Virus record (IMG/VR): IMGVR_UViG_3300043446_002688
DNA length: 64,000 nucleotides
Source of the DNA: a virus
Direction: 5' to 3' (one strand)
The notes beneath the pieces are model-generated. The model had not been told where the DNA came from. It saw only the letters and a list, made by a program, of their open reading frames with translations, and did no database searches. This document shows, piece by piece, positions 36,739-45,267 of the stretch. Both the position numbers and the translations under genes were made by a program. Position 1 is the first letter of the stretch, and every line of letters starts with the position of its first letter.

Positions 36739-37031
36739 TGAATGATATAGTCGCCGGCATTTTTGACTGGATTAAAAATGACTACAAAACAAACCGAGTT
36801 CGATTCTTTGTCGAACTGTTGGCCTGGGGAGCCTCAATCTTTTGCAGTATCGGTATGGCGTACACTATGCCTAATCCTCCTCTTATTCATTTTTACCCTG
36901 CTTGGATTACTGGGTGTGCCCTTTATGCTTGGGCTGCTTGGTCTAGAAAAAGTTTTGGAATGCTGGCGAACTACATCCTCTTAACAACAATTGATACAAT
37001 TGGATTGATTAGATTATTATGGAACACTTAA
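36738..37031 (+). CDS. Small multi-TM membrane protein
   Basis: Three hydrophobic helices. Confidence 0.7.
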   Translation: MNDIVAGIFDWIKNDYKTNRVRFFVELLAWGASIFCSIGMAYTMPNPPLIHFYPAWITGCALYAWAAWSRKSFGMLANYILLTTIDTIGLIRLLWNT

Positions 37032-37297
37032 ATATACAAACGGTAACTACGAATTATAATGCACCACCATCAGTATATCAAAGTGGTGGTGCATTTAAGG
37101 TGGAAATACCACAATCTAATGTAACGGTGCCCAAACCATTGACCTATAAATTCCGTGTGGCGGAATATGAAAATGGTGGTGAGGTTGTTAAGGTGGGTTT
37201 GCAGGTGCAGACTTGGGAACACGACAACTATGGTAGTGCCATATTGAAAAAAGACTGGACAGATGTGGAAAGAGTGCGCTTGCCATATACCGATTAA
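37019..37297 (+). CDS. Hypothetical protein
   Basis: ORF track. Confidence 0.6.
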   Translation: MEHLNIQTVTTNYNAPPSVYQSGGAFKVEIPQSNVTVPKPLTYKFRVAEYENGGEVVKVGLQVQTWEHDNYGSAILKKDWTDVERVRLPYTD

Positions 37298-37310
37298 TGT
37301 GAATATGGAT

Positions 37311-37961
37311 TTATAGTCCTCGTAAATATCTTTTTCCTGTATTTGGATTTAGATTATACAACATAAAGAAATCTTTTCTACTGAGACCACTTTCAATAAA
37401 AAGGTTTCTATAATGTTTTTTTCTTTCTTCCATTTCTTCGGATCTTCTCTTATATTCATTTTGTTTGGCCAAAATCATATTTTTTATATGTTCATCACTC
37501 TTTTTCTTTCCTTTAAGAGAATTTGAAATATTTTGTGCATGTAGTTGTGATTTGGGTTTTTTATAATTATCTTTGTTCTTTTTCGGCACTCTCAATTTTT
37601 CTTTAACATATTCTGGCCTAGAAACACCTCTTAAAGCATTTGACCTGGCTAGTTTGGTCAATTCATACATCTTGGATGAAATTTTCCTATTTTGGTGTTT
37701 ATTATTTACTGCCATCATAGAAAATGCATGAGCTAATTTTTTGTTGTCTGGAAAAGATTTGTATAATAAAAAGTGTAATATAAAATGTACCCTTACAGGG
37801 ATTAATATTAAATTATCCACAGAATCATTTCCACCCATACACCTCGGAACAATATGGTGTTTCTCACAAAAACCTTCCATTGGATTTTGTTTATAGTGTT
37901 GTATAAATGATACATAACGGTTATAAAAGTGGTAATTTATTTGGTATTTTATTTTTTCCAT
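37311..37961 (-). mobile_element. Free-standing HNH homing endonuclease with NUMOD3-like repeats
   Basis: EKHHIVPRCMGG.D..DNLI....H..LH; inverted and AT-rich relative to neighbours. Confidence 0.88.
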
Positions 37962-37962
37962 G

Positions 37963-37991
37963 TTGACTTTTTCTTGTTTTTAGTGTATAAT
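37963..37991 (+). promoter_or_regulatory. Promoter TTGACT-N17-TATAAT
   Basis: Upstream of the denV-like gene, abutting the HNH start codon. Confidence 0.7.
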
Positions 37992-38016
37992 CTTATTTAT
38001 GTAAAACAGTATCTTT

Positions 38017-38601
38017 ATGGAGATAAAAATTAATATTTTTTACTTATCACACGATCCTACTGAATGTGCTCGTTGGCACGTAGACAAACATGTAATTAAA
38101 CAAATTTTAGAATATGCTCAACTACTTTCTACCGCTCATCGGGTGCTTGATGGCACTCCTACTATTGATAGGGGAGGCGCAGCTGGCCGACAACGAACCA
38201 CGTATATACTCCCTGATAATCGTGATACTGTGCTTTATCGGGCTACTCACATCAACCATCCTTCAGCAATTTGGTGTCGCCAGTCTTATGCCAACTATGT
38301 CTGGCTATCTAAACTGTTGACCGAATTGTGTAAAGAATACACCTATCGTTATGGTAAAGTCCATAAAGTTGAACGTGATGGCCTTGAAGAAGAATTGATG
38401 TATACACCAATGAATATTCCTGCACATGCACCTTTTACAGAACCTACACCAGCAATGCCTGATGAGGTAAAAATCAAAGGCGATTCTATCAAATCATATC
38501 GGAATTACTATATAATGAATAAGCAACACTTGGCCTCTTGGTCAGGTAAAATTAATTCTCGTAAAGTACCGGAGTGGTTCGATGAAGCAGTTAGTGTGTG
38601 A
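38017..38601 (+). CDS. Pyrimidine-dimer DNA glycosylase (DenV/endonuclease V)-like protein
   Basis: NIFYL..DP..CA..HVDKH.IK.ILEYAQLLSTAH, THINHPSAIW, EYTYRYGKVH. Confidence 0.82.
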   Translation: MEIKINIFYLSHDPTECARWHVDKHVIKQILEYAQLLSTAHRVLDGTPTIDRGGAAGRQRTTYILPDNRDTVLYRATHINHPSAIWCRQSYANYVWLSKLLTELCKEYTYRYGKVHKVERDGLEEELMYTPMNIPAHAPFTEPTPAMPDEVKIKGDSIKSYRNYYIMNKQHLASWSGKINSRKVPEWFDEAVSV

Positions 38602-38794
38602 TTTTTGTGACTCAGTAAGAATCGGTGTAAAAGTCGGTTACAAACAATTTAAGAAAAGTTTTCAAGAATGCCGTAAAGTGAGAAAGTACACTAAAGCAAA
38701 TTCTTTCAAAACTGATATGTTTGAGCCACAAGTAAATAAGAAAGTGCAAGAGGTTAGAGAACTTGCACAGAAAAATTACAGAGAACAAATCTAA
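38582..38794 (+). CDS. Hypothetical basic protein
   Basis: ORF track, GGAG RBS. Confidence 0.55.
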   Translation: MKQLVCDFCDSVRIGVKVGYKQFKKSFQECRKVRKYTKANSFKTDMFEPQVNKKVQEVRELAQKNYREQI

Positions 38795-39069
38795 TGATTT
38801 ATACATTTCTTAATAAAAATACAAATGAGATTGAAGAACATACGATGCGTTTGTCTGAGTATGATAAATTCAAAGAAGATAACCCACACCTAGAGCGTTA
38901 TTTCTCCATAGAAGGTCTTGCAGGTCTTGGTGACGGACAGCGTATGTCCGTTCCAGGTATTGCACAACCACATGCTGCGTTTGAAACTGGTGTTATTCAA
39001 CGTATGCAAGAAACTATTCCAGGAAACACCATGTCTGGTCACAAAACAAAACGACCAAGAGAGTGGTAA
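38794..39069 (+). CDS. Conserved T4-like hypothetical protein upstream of phoH
   Basis: MIYTFLNKNTNE...KFKEDNPHLE. Confidence 0.7.
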   Translation: MIYTFLNKNTNEIEEHTMRLSEYDKFKEDNPHLERYFSIEGLAGLGDGQRMSVPGIAQPHAAFETGVIQRMQETIPGNTMSGHKTKRPREW

Positions 39070-39212
39070 TGGCACAGATACCAGCATTATTTCTTCCAAA
39101 AAGGAGTGACAGTGATAAAAAAACCACCGTGAAGAAAGAAACCCCTAAAAAAAGACAATTCAAAAAGAAGGAAGAAAAGCAAACTAAAGCAGTTGCTATG
39201 TTATTATCATAG
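39069..39212 (+). CDS. Small Lys-rich protein, 47 aa
   Basis: Read by hand; TAATG coupling. Confidence 0.5.
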   Translation: MAQIPALFLPKRSDSDKKTTVKKETPKKRQFKKKEEKQTKAVAMLLS

Positions 39213-39221
39213 GGAGTTTTA

Positions 39222-39986
39222 ATGGCGACAAAAAAACAGATTAGTAGAGAAGATGTTATTGAAGAACAAACTACTAAGACAAGACACCAAGCAGTAAGTA
39301 ATTCACTGAAAATAAAAATAAACGACTTAAAAACATTTGAGCCATTAACAGAAAATCAGAAGATATTTTTTGACGCCTACAAGCGTGGAGATTATTTCGT
39401 TGCACTTCACGGTGTGGCAGGTACGGGTAAAACCTTCTGTGCATTATACAAAGCATTAGAAGAAGTATTGGATAAATCAAATCCATTTAATAAGATTATT
39501 ATTGTCCGTTCAGCGGTACAGTCTCGTGAAATGGGACACTTGCCAGGTGATGTTGATGAAAAGATGGAAATCTATCAACAACCATATGTGCAAATCTGTC
39601 ACACATTATTTGACCGTAAAGATGCCTATGCACGATTGAATGAACAGGGTTATATTGAGTTTATCTCCACCTCATTCATTCGTGGTATGTCATTCGATGA
39701 TGCCATCATTATCGTGGATGAAATGCAAAACTTGACCTTTGAAGAAATTGACACAGTTATGACCCGTGTTGGTTATCGTTCAAAGATTATCTGGTGTGGT
39801 GATTATAGACAAACAGATTTGAATAAACGAAAGAATGATATGTCGGGCATTTTGAGGTTCTTTGATATTGCACACCATATGTCGGCATTTACACGAATTG
39901 AATTTACACCAGAAGATATTGTTAGAAGTAGTCTTGTGCGTGATTATATTTTAGCAAAAATGAATTATGAGGATTCACAAGATTAA
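39222..39986 (+). CDS. phoH: PhoH-family ATPase
   Basis: GVAGTGKT, GHLPGD, FIRGMSF, VDEMQN, GDYRQTD. Confidence 0.95.
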   Translation: MATKKQISREDVIEEQTTKTRHQAVSNSLKIKINDLKTFEPLTENQKIFFDAYKRGDYFVALHGVAGTGKTFCALYKALEEVLDKSNPFNKIIIVRSAVQSREMGHLPGDVDEKMEIYQQPYVQICHTLFDRKDAYARLNEQGYIEFISTSFIRGMSFDDAIIIVDEMQNLTFEEIDTVMTRVGYRSKIIWCGDYRQTDLNKRKNDMSGILRFFDIAHHMSAFTRIEFTPEDIVRSSLVRDYILAKMNYEDSQD

Positions 39987-40636
39987 TGTTTACATATTGC
40001 CCACCCAAAGAACTCGCTGACCTAATATCACAAACATTCCCTGACGGTAAACGATACTACACCACACCTGATGGTGTTAAGTTGCCGTCCGTGACTACGG
40101 TCATTGGTGCCAAGGGCAAACAGGCCATTTTAGAATGGCGCAAAAGAGTTGGTGAAGAAGAAGCAAACAAGATATCACGCAAGGCCACTTCACGTGGTAC
40201 TAATGTTCATACACTATGTGAACGATACTTGAACAACGAATCACTTGGTAATATCATGCCTGACGCCAAGGAGATGTTCCTGCCACTCAAACCATTACTG
40301 AATAGAATCAACAACATTCATTATCAGGAATGTGCGTTGTGGTCTCTCCAGTTAGGTATGGCAGGTCGTGTTGATTGTATTGCAGAGTTTGATGGTGTAT
40401 TATCTGTTATTGATTTTAAGACCTCACGCCGTCCTAAGAAGGCGGAAGACATTGATAATTACTTTGCCCAATGCGTTGCTTATGCCTGTATGTATGAAGA
40501 ATTGATTGGTGTTGGTATCGACCAAATCGTCATTATCATGGCCGTGGAAGGTTCGGAACCTCTACTTTTTATTGAAAAGACTGAGGATCACCTAAATACC
40601 TTGTTGGATTATATAAAATTTTACAAGGAAAATTAA
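39986..40636 (+). CDS. PD-(D/E)xK exonuclease (Cas4/RecB-like)
   Basis: LPSVTTVI, RGTNVH, AGRVDC, VIDFKTS, Q..AY. Confidence 0.88.
   Translation: MFTYCPPKELADLISQTFPDGKRYYTTPDGVKLPSVTTVIGAKGKQAILEWRKRVGEEEANKISRKATSRGTNVHTLCERYLNNESLGNIMPDAKEMFLPLKPLLNRINNIHYQECALWSLQLGMAGRVDCIAEFDGVLSVIDFKTSRRPKKAEDIDNYFAQCVAYACMYEELIGVGIDQIVIIMAVEGSEPLLFIEKTEDHLNTLLDYIKFYKEN
40591..40598 (+). promoter_or_regulatory. Putative T4-type late promoter CCTAAATA
   Basis: Same C(C/A)TAAATA 8-mer precedes SleB (44490), gp32 (46927), gp2 (53470, minus strand), gp48 (53910) and gp25 (59859). Confidence 0.55.
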
Positions 40637-41599
40637 ATGGCTTTACCATCAAGTGGTGCTATAAGTTTTTATGATTTACAAAACGAATTCGGTGGTTCAA
40701 ATCCTATTGGAATAAACGAATACTACATGAATGGTGGTATTGTTCCTAACGGCACGATAAATGTAAACAACAACTCTTTACCAACTTCGGGTCAAATAAG
40801 TCTCAGTACTTTTTATGGATCTAAACAGATTCCCACATCTTTATCTGTTAGAGCATTGATAGTCGGTGGAGGCGGCGGTGGACATTCCCGTTATTCTGGT
40901 GATAATAACGCTATGAACGGTGGCGGCGGTGCTGGTGGCGTAGTTGATGCAACTTTTAATTTGCCTAAAGGATCATACACATTCATTATTGGTTCGGGTG
41001 GTTATCAAAGTAGTGGTGGAGATACTTTAGCTTTTGGATACACTGCTTATGGTGGTGGCATGGGTGGTGGATCTGATGGTCAACCAGGTTTTGATGGTGG
41101 TTCAGGAGGCGGCGGTGCCGGTACCAGAGGCGGTAATGCTGCATCAGGTAATTCAATACAACCAAATCCAACAAGTGGTGATTATGGCAATCAACCAGCT
41201 TATGGTAATGCTGGTGGTTATTATTCTGGTTCTGGTGGCGGTGCAGGTGGTGCAGGCTCAGGTATCAATGGCGGTCCAGGTAGACAATGGATAAACGGAA
41301 TATATTATGCTGGCGGCGGTGGTAATTCATATGGTGGTGCTGGCGGCATAGGTGGTGGTGGTACTGGACCAGGTCAAAACGCATTTTACTACGGCGGCGG
41401 AGGTAGTGGTGCTTCAAGTAGAAACGGCGGCCTAGATGCAACTTACGGTTATCAAGGTATCGTGATAGTTTCATATCAATGGGACTTCCAACTTATGTCG
41501 GGTGGTTCTGTCACATTTGTTAACGGCAGTGGAGGTCCAGGTGCTACATATAGATACTACCATACCTTCACATCAAGTTCGCAGTACCTTACTTTTTAA
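40637..41599 (+). CDS. Glycine-rich virion/fibre-associated protein
   Basis: MALPSSGAIS..L..EFGGSNPI.INEYY N-terminus; GGGG-rich body, GYQGIVIVSY. Confidence 0.75.
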   Translation: MALPSSGAISFYDLQNEFGGSNPIGINEYYMNGGIVPNGTINVNNNSLPTSGQISLSTFYGSKQIPTSLSVRALIVGGGGGGHSRYSGDNNAMNGGGGAGGVVDATFNLPKGSYTFIIGSGGYQSSGGDTLAFGYTAYGGGMGGGSDGQPGFDGGSGGGGAGTRGGNAASGNSIQPNPTSGDYGNQPAYGNAGGYYSGSGGGAGGAGSGINGGPGRQWINGIYYAGGGGNSYGGAGGIGGGGTGPGQNAFYYGGGGSGASSRNGGLDATYGYQGIVIVSYQWDFQLMSGGSVTFVNGSGGPGATYRYYHTFTSSSQYLTF

Positions 41600-41615
41600 T
41601 TTTTAGGATTTTATA

Positions 41616-42176
41616 ATGTTAAATATAATTGATGATTTTGTTAAACCTCGTGTTCAAGATGAGATAGAAAAAATATTGACGGGAACAAATTTCCCCTATT
41701 TTTATAGTACTGAGTCTGTTCATTTAGATATCACCGATACTGTAATGCCAGATAGTAATGCTCTCGATGTGCCACAATTTTTTCATATGTTTGTTATAGA
41801 TGGAAAAATAAATTCACAACATTACAATGTAGTCTCACCAGTTACAAATAAACTAACTGAAACGCTTGATGAGGATTGTTATATACTCCGTTGTAAGGTT
41901 AATCTGAATACACTCGACACACGATTTGGTGACAGATACCATACACCACATATTGATAATGCTTTTGAAGAACAACTAACAGCAATCTATTATGTGAATG
42001 ACTCTGACGGCGATACCTATTTCTTTGATGAAAATGGAAAAGTTGCTCAGAGACTTACACCCAAAAAAGGACGATTGGTTTGGTGGAAGGGTAGAATCTT
42101 TCATGCAAAATCGTCACCCATTAAAACACCACAGAGACTTGTATTAAATATTAATATGTTGCCATTTAATCGTTGA
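41616..42176 (+). CDS. 2OG-Fe(II) oxygenase
   Basis: PHID (HxD), IYYVNDSDGDTYFF, FHAKS, R.VLNIN. Confidence 0.88.
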   Translation: MLNIIDDFVKPRVQDEIEKILTGTNFPYFYSTESVHLDITDTVMPDSNALDVPQFFHMFVIDGKINSQHYNVVSPVTNKLTETLDEDCYILRCKVNLNTLDTRFGDRYHTPHIDNAFEEQLTAIYYVNDSDGDTYFFDENGKVAQRLTPKKGRLVWWKGRIFHAKSSPIKTPQRLVLNINMLPFNR

Positions 42177-43078
42177 TTGATATGACGAATGAGAAATTGA
42201 TAATTATTGTACCTGATGACCATTATCACAAAAAACATAACTACACATTTCTTGTATATGATTTTGAAAATGGAAATTTAATACACAAAAGTCCATACAA
42301 TCCTGATTTAGATTGTAAAGAATTGGAAGGTCAAGGTAGACCAACTTTTAGACCTTATGGCATAACATATGATGATGATTACATATACATTGCCTCACAT
42401 AAAAAAATTGCAAAGTATGATAGAAAAACTTTTGAGTATTGTGGATTAGTTGGCATATCAATGTATATTAACACACATAGAATGTTAAAGAGTGGTGATG
42501 ACTTTTATGTGACACATACATCAGTCAATACAATTGGTGTCCATGGCAAAACAAACAAATATTTTAATGTCGTTTCTTTTGAATGGGTTGAAGCACCTGA
42601 ACATCCAGATGCAGCTGAGAGCCATGACATTACACACCTAAATTCTATAACAGAACATGAAGGAAAAATTTATTTTTGCCTAAACAATTTAAGTGTGAGG
42701 CCTTCAGAATTTGGTTATTTGAATAAAGCCACAGGTGAACACACAATGATTGGATCAGCTGGTGCTGGTTGCCATGATTTGCAAATTATAGACAATAAAC
42801 TATATTCATTATCAACTTCTACGGGTCATATTATTGAAATTGATTTGGCCACACGACAAACATCACAATATAAAGTTGTTAAAAAACTAAAAACATTCTT
42901 GCGTGGTATGGATGCATTAGACGGTAAAATAATTTTTATCGGTTCCAACCACTATTCACATGGTATTGTTGAAATGAATAATTGTTTCGTTGCCAGTTTT
43001 GATATATCAACAAAACAAACTAAACGACTATTCAATATCACTCATGCGGACACAGTTGCCTGTATGAAACTGGTATAA
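42173..43078 (+). CDS. Beta-propeller protein
   Basis: Repeated blades: RPYGIT, NTHRM, HLNSIT, GCHDL, FLRGMD. Confidence 0.7.
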   Translation: MIDMTNEKLIIIVPDDHYHKKHNYTFLVYDFENGNLIHKSPYNPDLDCKELEGQGRPTFRPYGITYDDDYIYIASHKKIAKYDRKTFEYCGLVGISMYINTHRMLKSGDDFYVTHTSVNTIGVHGKTNKYFNVVSFEWVEAPEHPDAAESHDITHLNSITEHEGKIYFCLNNLSVRPSEFGYLNKATGEHTMIGSAGAGCHDLQIIDNKLYSLSTSTGHIIEIDLATRQTSQYKVVKKLKTFLRGMDALDGKIIFIGSNHYSHGIVEMNNCFVASFDISTKQTKRLFNITHADTVACMKLV

Positions 43079-43091
43079 GTAAAATTTGGTG

Positions 43092-43120
43092 TTGCCAAAT
43101 TACAAAGAATGATATATAAT
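43092..43120 (+). promoter_or_regulatory. ssrA promoter TTGCCA-N17-TATAAT
   Basis: Exact hexamers about 7 nt before the acceptor piece. Confidence 0.85.
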
Positions 43121-43126
43121 CCTTAT

Positions 43127-43425
43127 ATGGTTGTATGAAGCAACTTGAAAAGTATTCTGGACGGGGGTTCGACTCCCCCCATCTCCACCAAAAACATTCT
43201 TCCACTCTAACGGGATAGGAGTTGGCCACCTTAAACGGTCGAAGTTTGTTTTTGATGGGGATGCCATGGTTTCGACAGGGTAAAGAGTATAGAAGTGGAC
43301 AACTTATCAGAGAAGATATAAAAACTAAATCAAAGTAAATGCAAATGACGAAAGTTACCGCATTGCTGCCTAATTGAGGCACTAGGGTTTTTGACAGTTT
43401 ATCCTCGTAACAGAATTAAACTGTC
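43127..43425 (+). ncRNA. ssrA: Circularly permuted two-piece tmRNA: acceptor piece ~43127-43190, intervening segment 43191-43256, coding piece 43257-43425; tag (A)ANDESYRIAA at 43341-43373
   Basis: T-arm GGGGG-TTCGACT-CCCCC plus CATCTCC-A-CCA lies upstream of the 5' strand GGGGATG (7-bp acceptor stem with G3:U70); CAGGGTA pairs TATTCTG; ACAACT pairs GGTTGT; tag ends AA-stop. Confidence 0.93.
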
Positions 43426-43805
43426 TTTTTGGTGTGTTGATTGTTTGATGGTTTACCAAGTCTAGCAATTGACATTTTTTGTAAAGTTTCTTGTGAGTAA
43501 ATGTTTTTCTTGCCTTTGTTCCAAGGTTCAGTTCCAACTGGCCTGCCATTTTTGAGATTGTAGTATTTTTTACCAAACTCAGATTCTTTAATCATGCGAA
43601 GAAATCTAGCCTCTTCTTTTCTGGCTGTCTTCCTATCATTAAAGGTTTTGATTATTTTACGTTTGAAGTCGTTAGGTCTGTATTGGTGTTCTCCATTGAA
43701 CCAACGTGATGAAGATATATAACCATCGGTTATGTTTCCTTCATGCATACCAACATAGAACATTTTTCGGCATTTGTCGTACCAGATGTATAAAAAGTAT
43801 TGCAT
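43416..43805 (-). mobile_element. Free-standing GIY-YIG (Seg-like) homing endonuclease with NUMOD3 tail
   Basis: FLYIW...FYVGMH, GYISSS, YYNLK, PWNKGKK..YSQETLQKMS; GGAGG RBS before ATG at 43805. Confidence 0.85.
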
Positions 43806-43828
43806 TATAATCCTCCAAGATATATAAT
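43800..43828 (+). promoter_or_regulatory. Promoter TTGCAT-N17-TATAAT
   Basis: -35 overlaps the homing endonuclease start codon. Confidence 0.7.
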
Positions 43829-43834
43829 GTATAT

Positions 43835-43907
43835 AGTAAACGCAAACTTTTAAGTTTGCATTTACAGGGTTTGCTCGTAGGTTTTCCCAGTAACAGAATA
43901 AGCCTAC
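43835..43907 (+). ncRNA. Putative structured RNA resembling the tmRNA resume region and 3' module
   Basis: 13-bp hairpin GTAAACGCAAACT/AGTTTGCATTTAC, then AGGGTTT, then a hairpin with a CCC..GTAACAGAAT loop as at 43384-43425. Confidence 0.55.
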
Positions 43908-43934
43908 TACTATGTTTAACAACTAGGAGTTTTA

Positions 43935-44486
43935 ATGAAGAAAATCTTATTCGCAACTTTGGCCTCTTTGGCATTCGCCGCATCAGCAGCAGACTATGTT
44001 TCTGTTGATGTTGATAATGTATTGGGTCGTAACGGCGCAAAAGACAGCACAGCACAATATATCCGTGCTGGTAAAGAAATTGGTGGCATCCAGTATGGCC
44101 TACAAGGTCGTACCGCTACAATGAAAGACAACTCAGGTATTTTATCTAGTGTTGAAGTTACAGCAGCAAACAACAAATTCAATGTTGCAGGTGTAACACC
44201 ATTCGTTGGTGTTGGCCATGACAATGGATTCAATGGTGGTACTGCATATAACTATGGTCTTGTTGGTGCAACCTATGGATTGAAAGCAGGTCCAGGTTTC
44301 TTGTTGACTGGTGTTAAGACTCGTGTTGGTTCTACCGAACACGGCGCTCGCACTAAGCAAACAGTTGGTTTCGCTACATACAGCATTCCAGTTGCTAAGA
44401 ATGTTGCATTTAACTTGAACGCAAGCCGTTCTGGTCAAACCATCAAAGAGAACGCATTTGGCGTTGGTTTGGGTTTTAGTTTCTAA
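43935..44486 (+). CDS. Outer-membrane beta-barrel (porin-like) protein
   Basis: Signal peptide MKKILFATLASLAFAASA, alternating amphipathic strands, C-terminal GVGLGFSF. Confidence 0.78.
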   Translation: MKKILFATLASLAFAASAADYVSVDVDNVLGRNGAKDSTAQYIRAGKEIGGIQYGLQGRTATMKDNSGILSSVEVTAANNKFNVAGVTPFVGVGHDNGFNGGTAYNYGLVGATYGLKAGPGFLLTGVKTRVGSTEHGARTKQTVGFATYSIPVAKNVAFNLNASRSGQTIKENAFGVGLGFSF

Positions 44487-44566
44487 AAACCTAAATAATA
44501 AATCCTCTAAAGGATCGTGGTTGGAGGTAACCACGTTAACAACCTCTCATCATAAAGGAGAAAAAA

Positions 44567-45046
44567 ATGAAGAAATTCATTCTAATAACTCTGTTTGCGA
44601 TGTTACCTGTAGTTTCACATCAGCAACCTTTATCAGAAACACAGGAAGTATCCATGGATATGGCCAAACAAATTCTATGCATGGCCAAGAATCTATATTA
44701 CGAAGCAGCCAAAGAACCATTTGAAGGTAAACTGGCAGTGGCACAAGTCACAATGAATCGTGCAAACAGTCCGCAATTCCCTAAAACCGTTTGTGAAGTT
44801 GTCTATCAAAAGACTAACAACACATACCAATTCAGTTGGGTCGGTGAAAAAGTGGGAAAAGTTACCAACGAGTATGCATGGCAAGAATGTATGATTGTAG
44901 CAAGGATGGCCTTGACAGAATACAAACTGCATGATACAATATACAGAACGAAAGCAATGTATTATCACAACACATCGGTGAACCCCGCATGGAAGTTGAA
45001 ATATGTTGCCAAGATTGGTAACCATTTATTTTACACACGAGCATAA
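44567..45046 (+). CDS. Cell wall hydrolase, SleB/Hydrolase_2 family
   Basis: CMAKNLYYEA..E...G.LAVAQVTMNR, VCEVVYQ, YQFSW, IGNHLFY. Confidence 0.92.
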   Translation: MKKFILITLFAMLPVVSHQQPLSETQEVSMDMAKQILCMAKNLYYEAAKEPFEGKLAVAQVTMNRANSPQFPKTVCEVVYQKTNNTYQFSWVGEKVGKVTNEYAWQECMIVARMALTEYKLHDTIYRTKAMYYHNTSVNPAWKLKYVAKIGNHLFYTRA

Positions 45047-45267
45047 TGCCTACAAAGAATGAAATTAGTGAATTTAGTGATTTGGTCAATAAGATAGCCG
45101 ATGAACATGGCATGACAAGGATGGATGCAATTATTCACCATTGCGAGCAAACTGGCATGGAAGTGGATGTTGCATCTACCCTCATATCTTCAGCACTTAA
45201 ATCTAAAATCCGTGAGGAAGCACAAGAGCTTAATCTACTAAAGAAAACAGCACGATTGCCTCTATGA
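45046..45267 (+). CDS. 33: Late promoter transcription coactivator gp33
   Basis: DAIIHHCE..GMEV...LIS..LKSKIREEAQELNLLKK; context upstream of gp59. Confidence 0.85.
   Translation: MPTKNEISEFSDLVNKIADEHGMTRMDAIIHHCEQTGMEVDVASTLISSALKSKIREEAQELNLLKKTARLPL

Noticed and set aside
37813-37821. Single TTATCCACA
   Set aside because: Isolated, inside the HNH coding sequence, and expected by chance
38017-38040. Possible ATT start for the denV-like gene (GGAG-N6-ATT AAT ATT TTT = INIF instead of MNIF)
   Set aside because: An in-frame ATG lies four codons upstream, so a non-canonical start is not needed
40637-41599. Collagen-like repeat
   Set aside because: The glycine runs are GGGG-type, not Gly-X-Y triplets
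43159-43190. Apparent tRNA 3' half
   Set aside because: No anticodon arm; it is the acceptor piece of the permuted tmRNA
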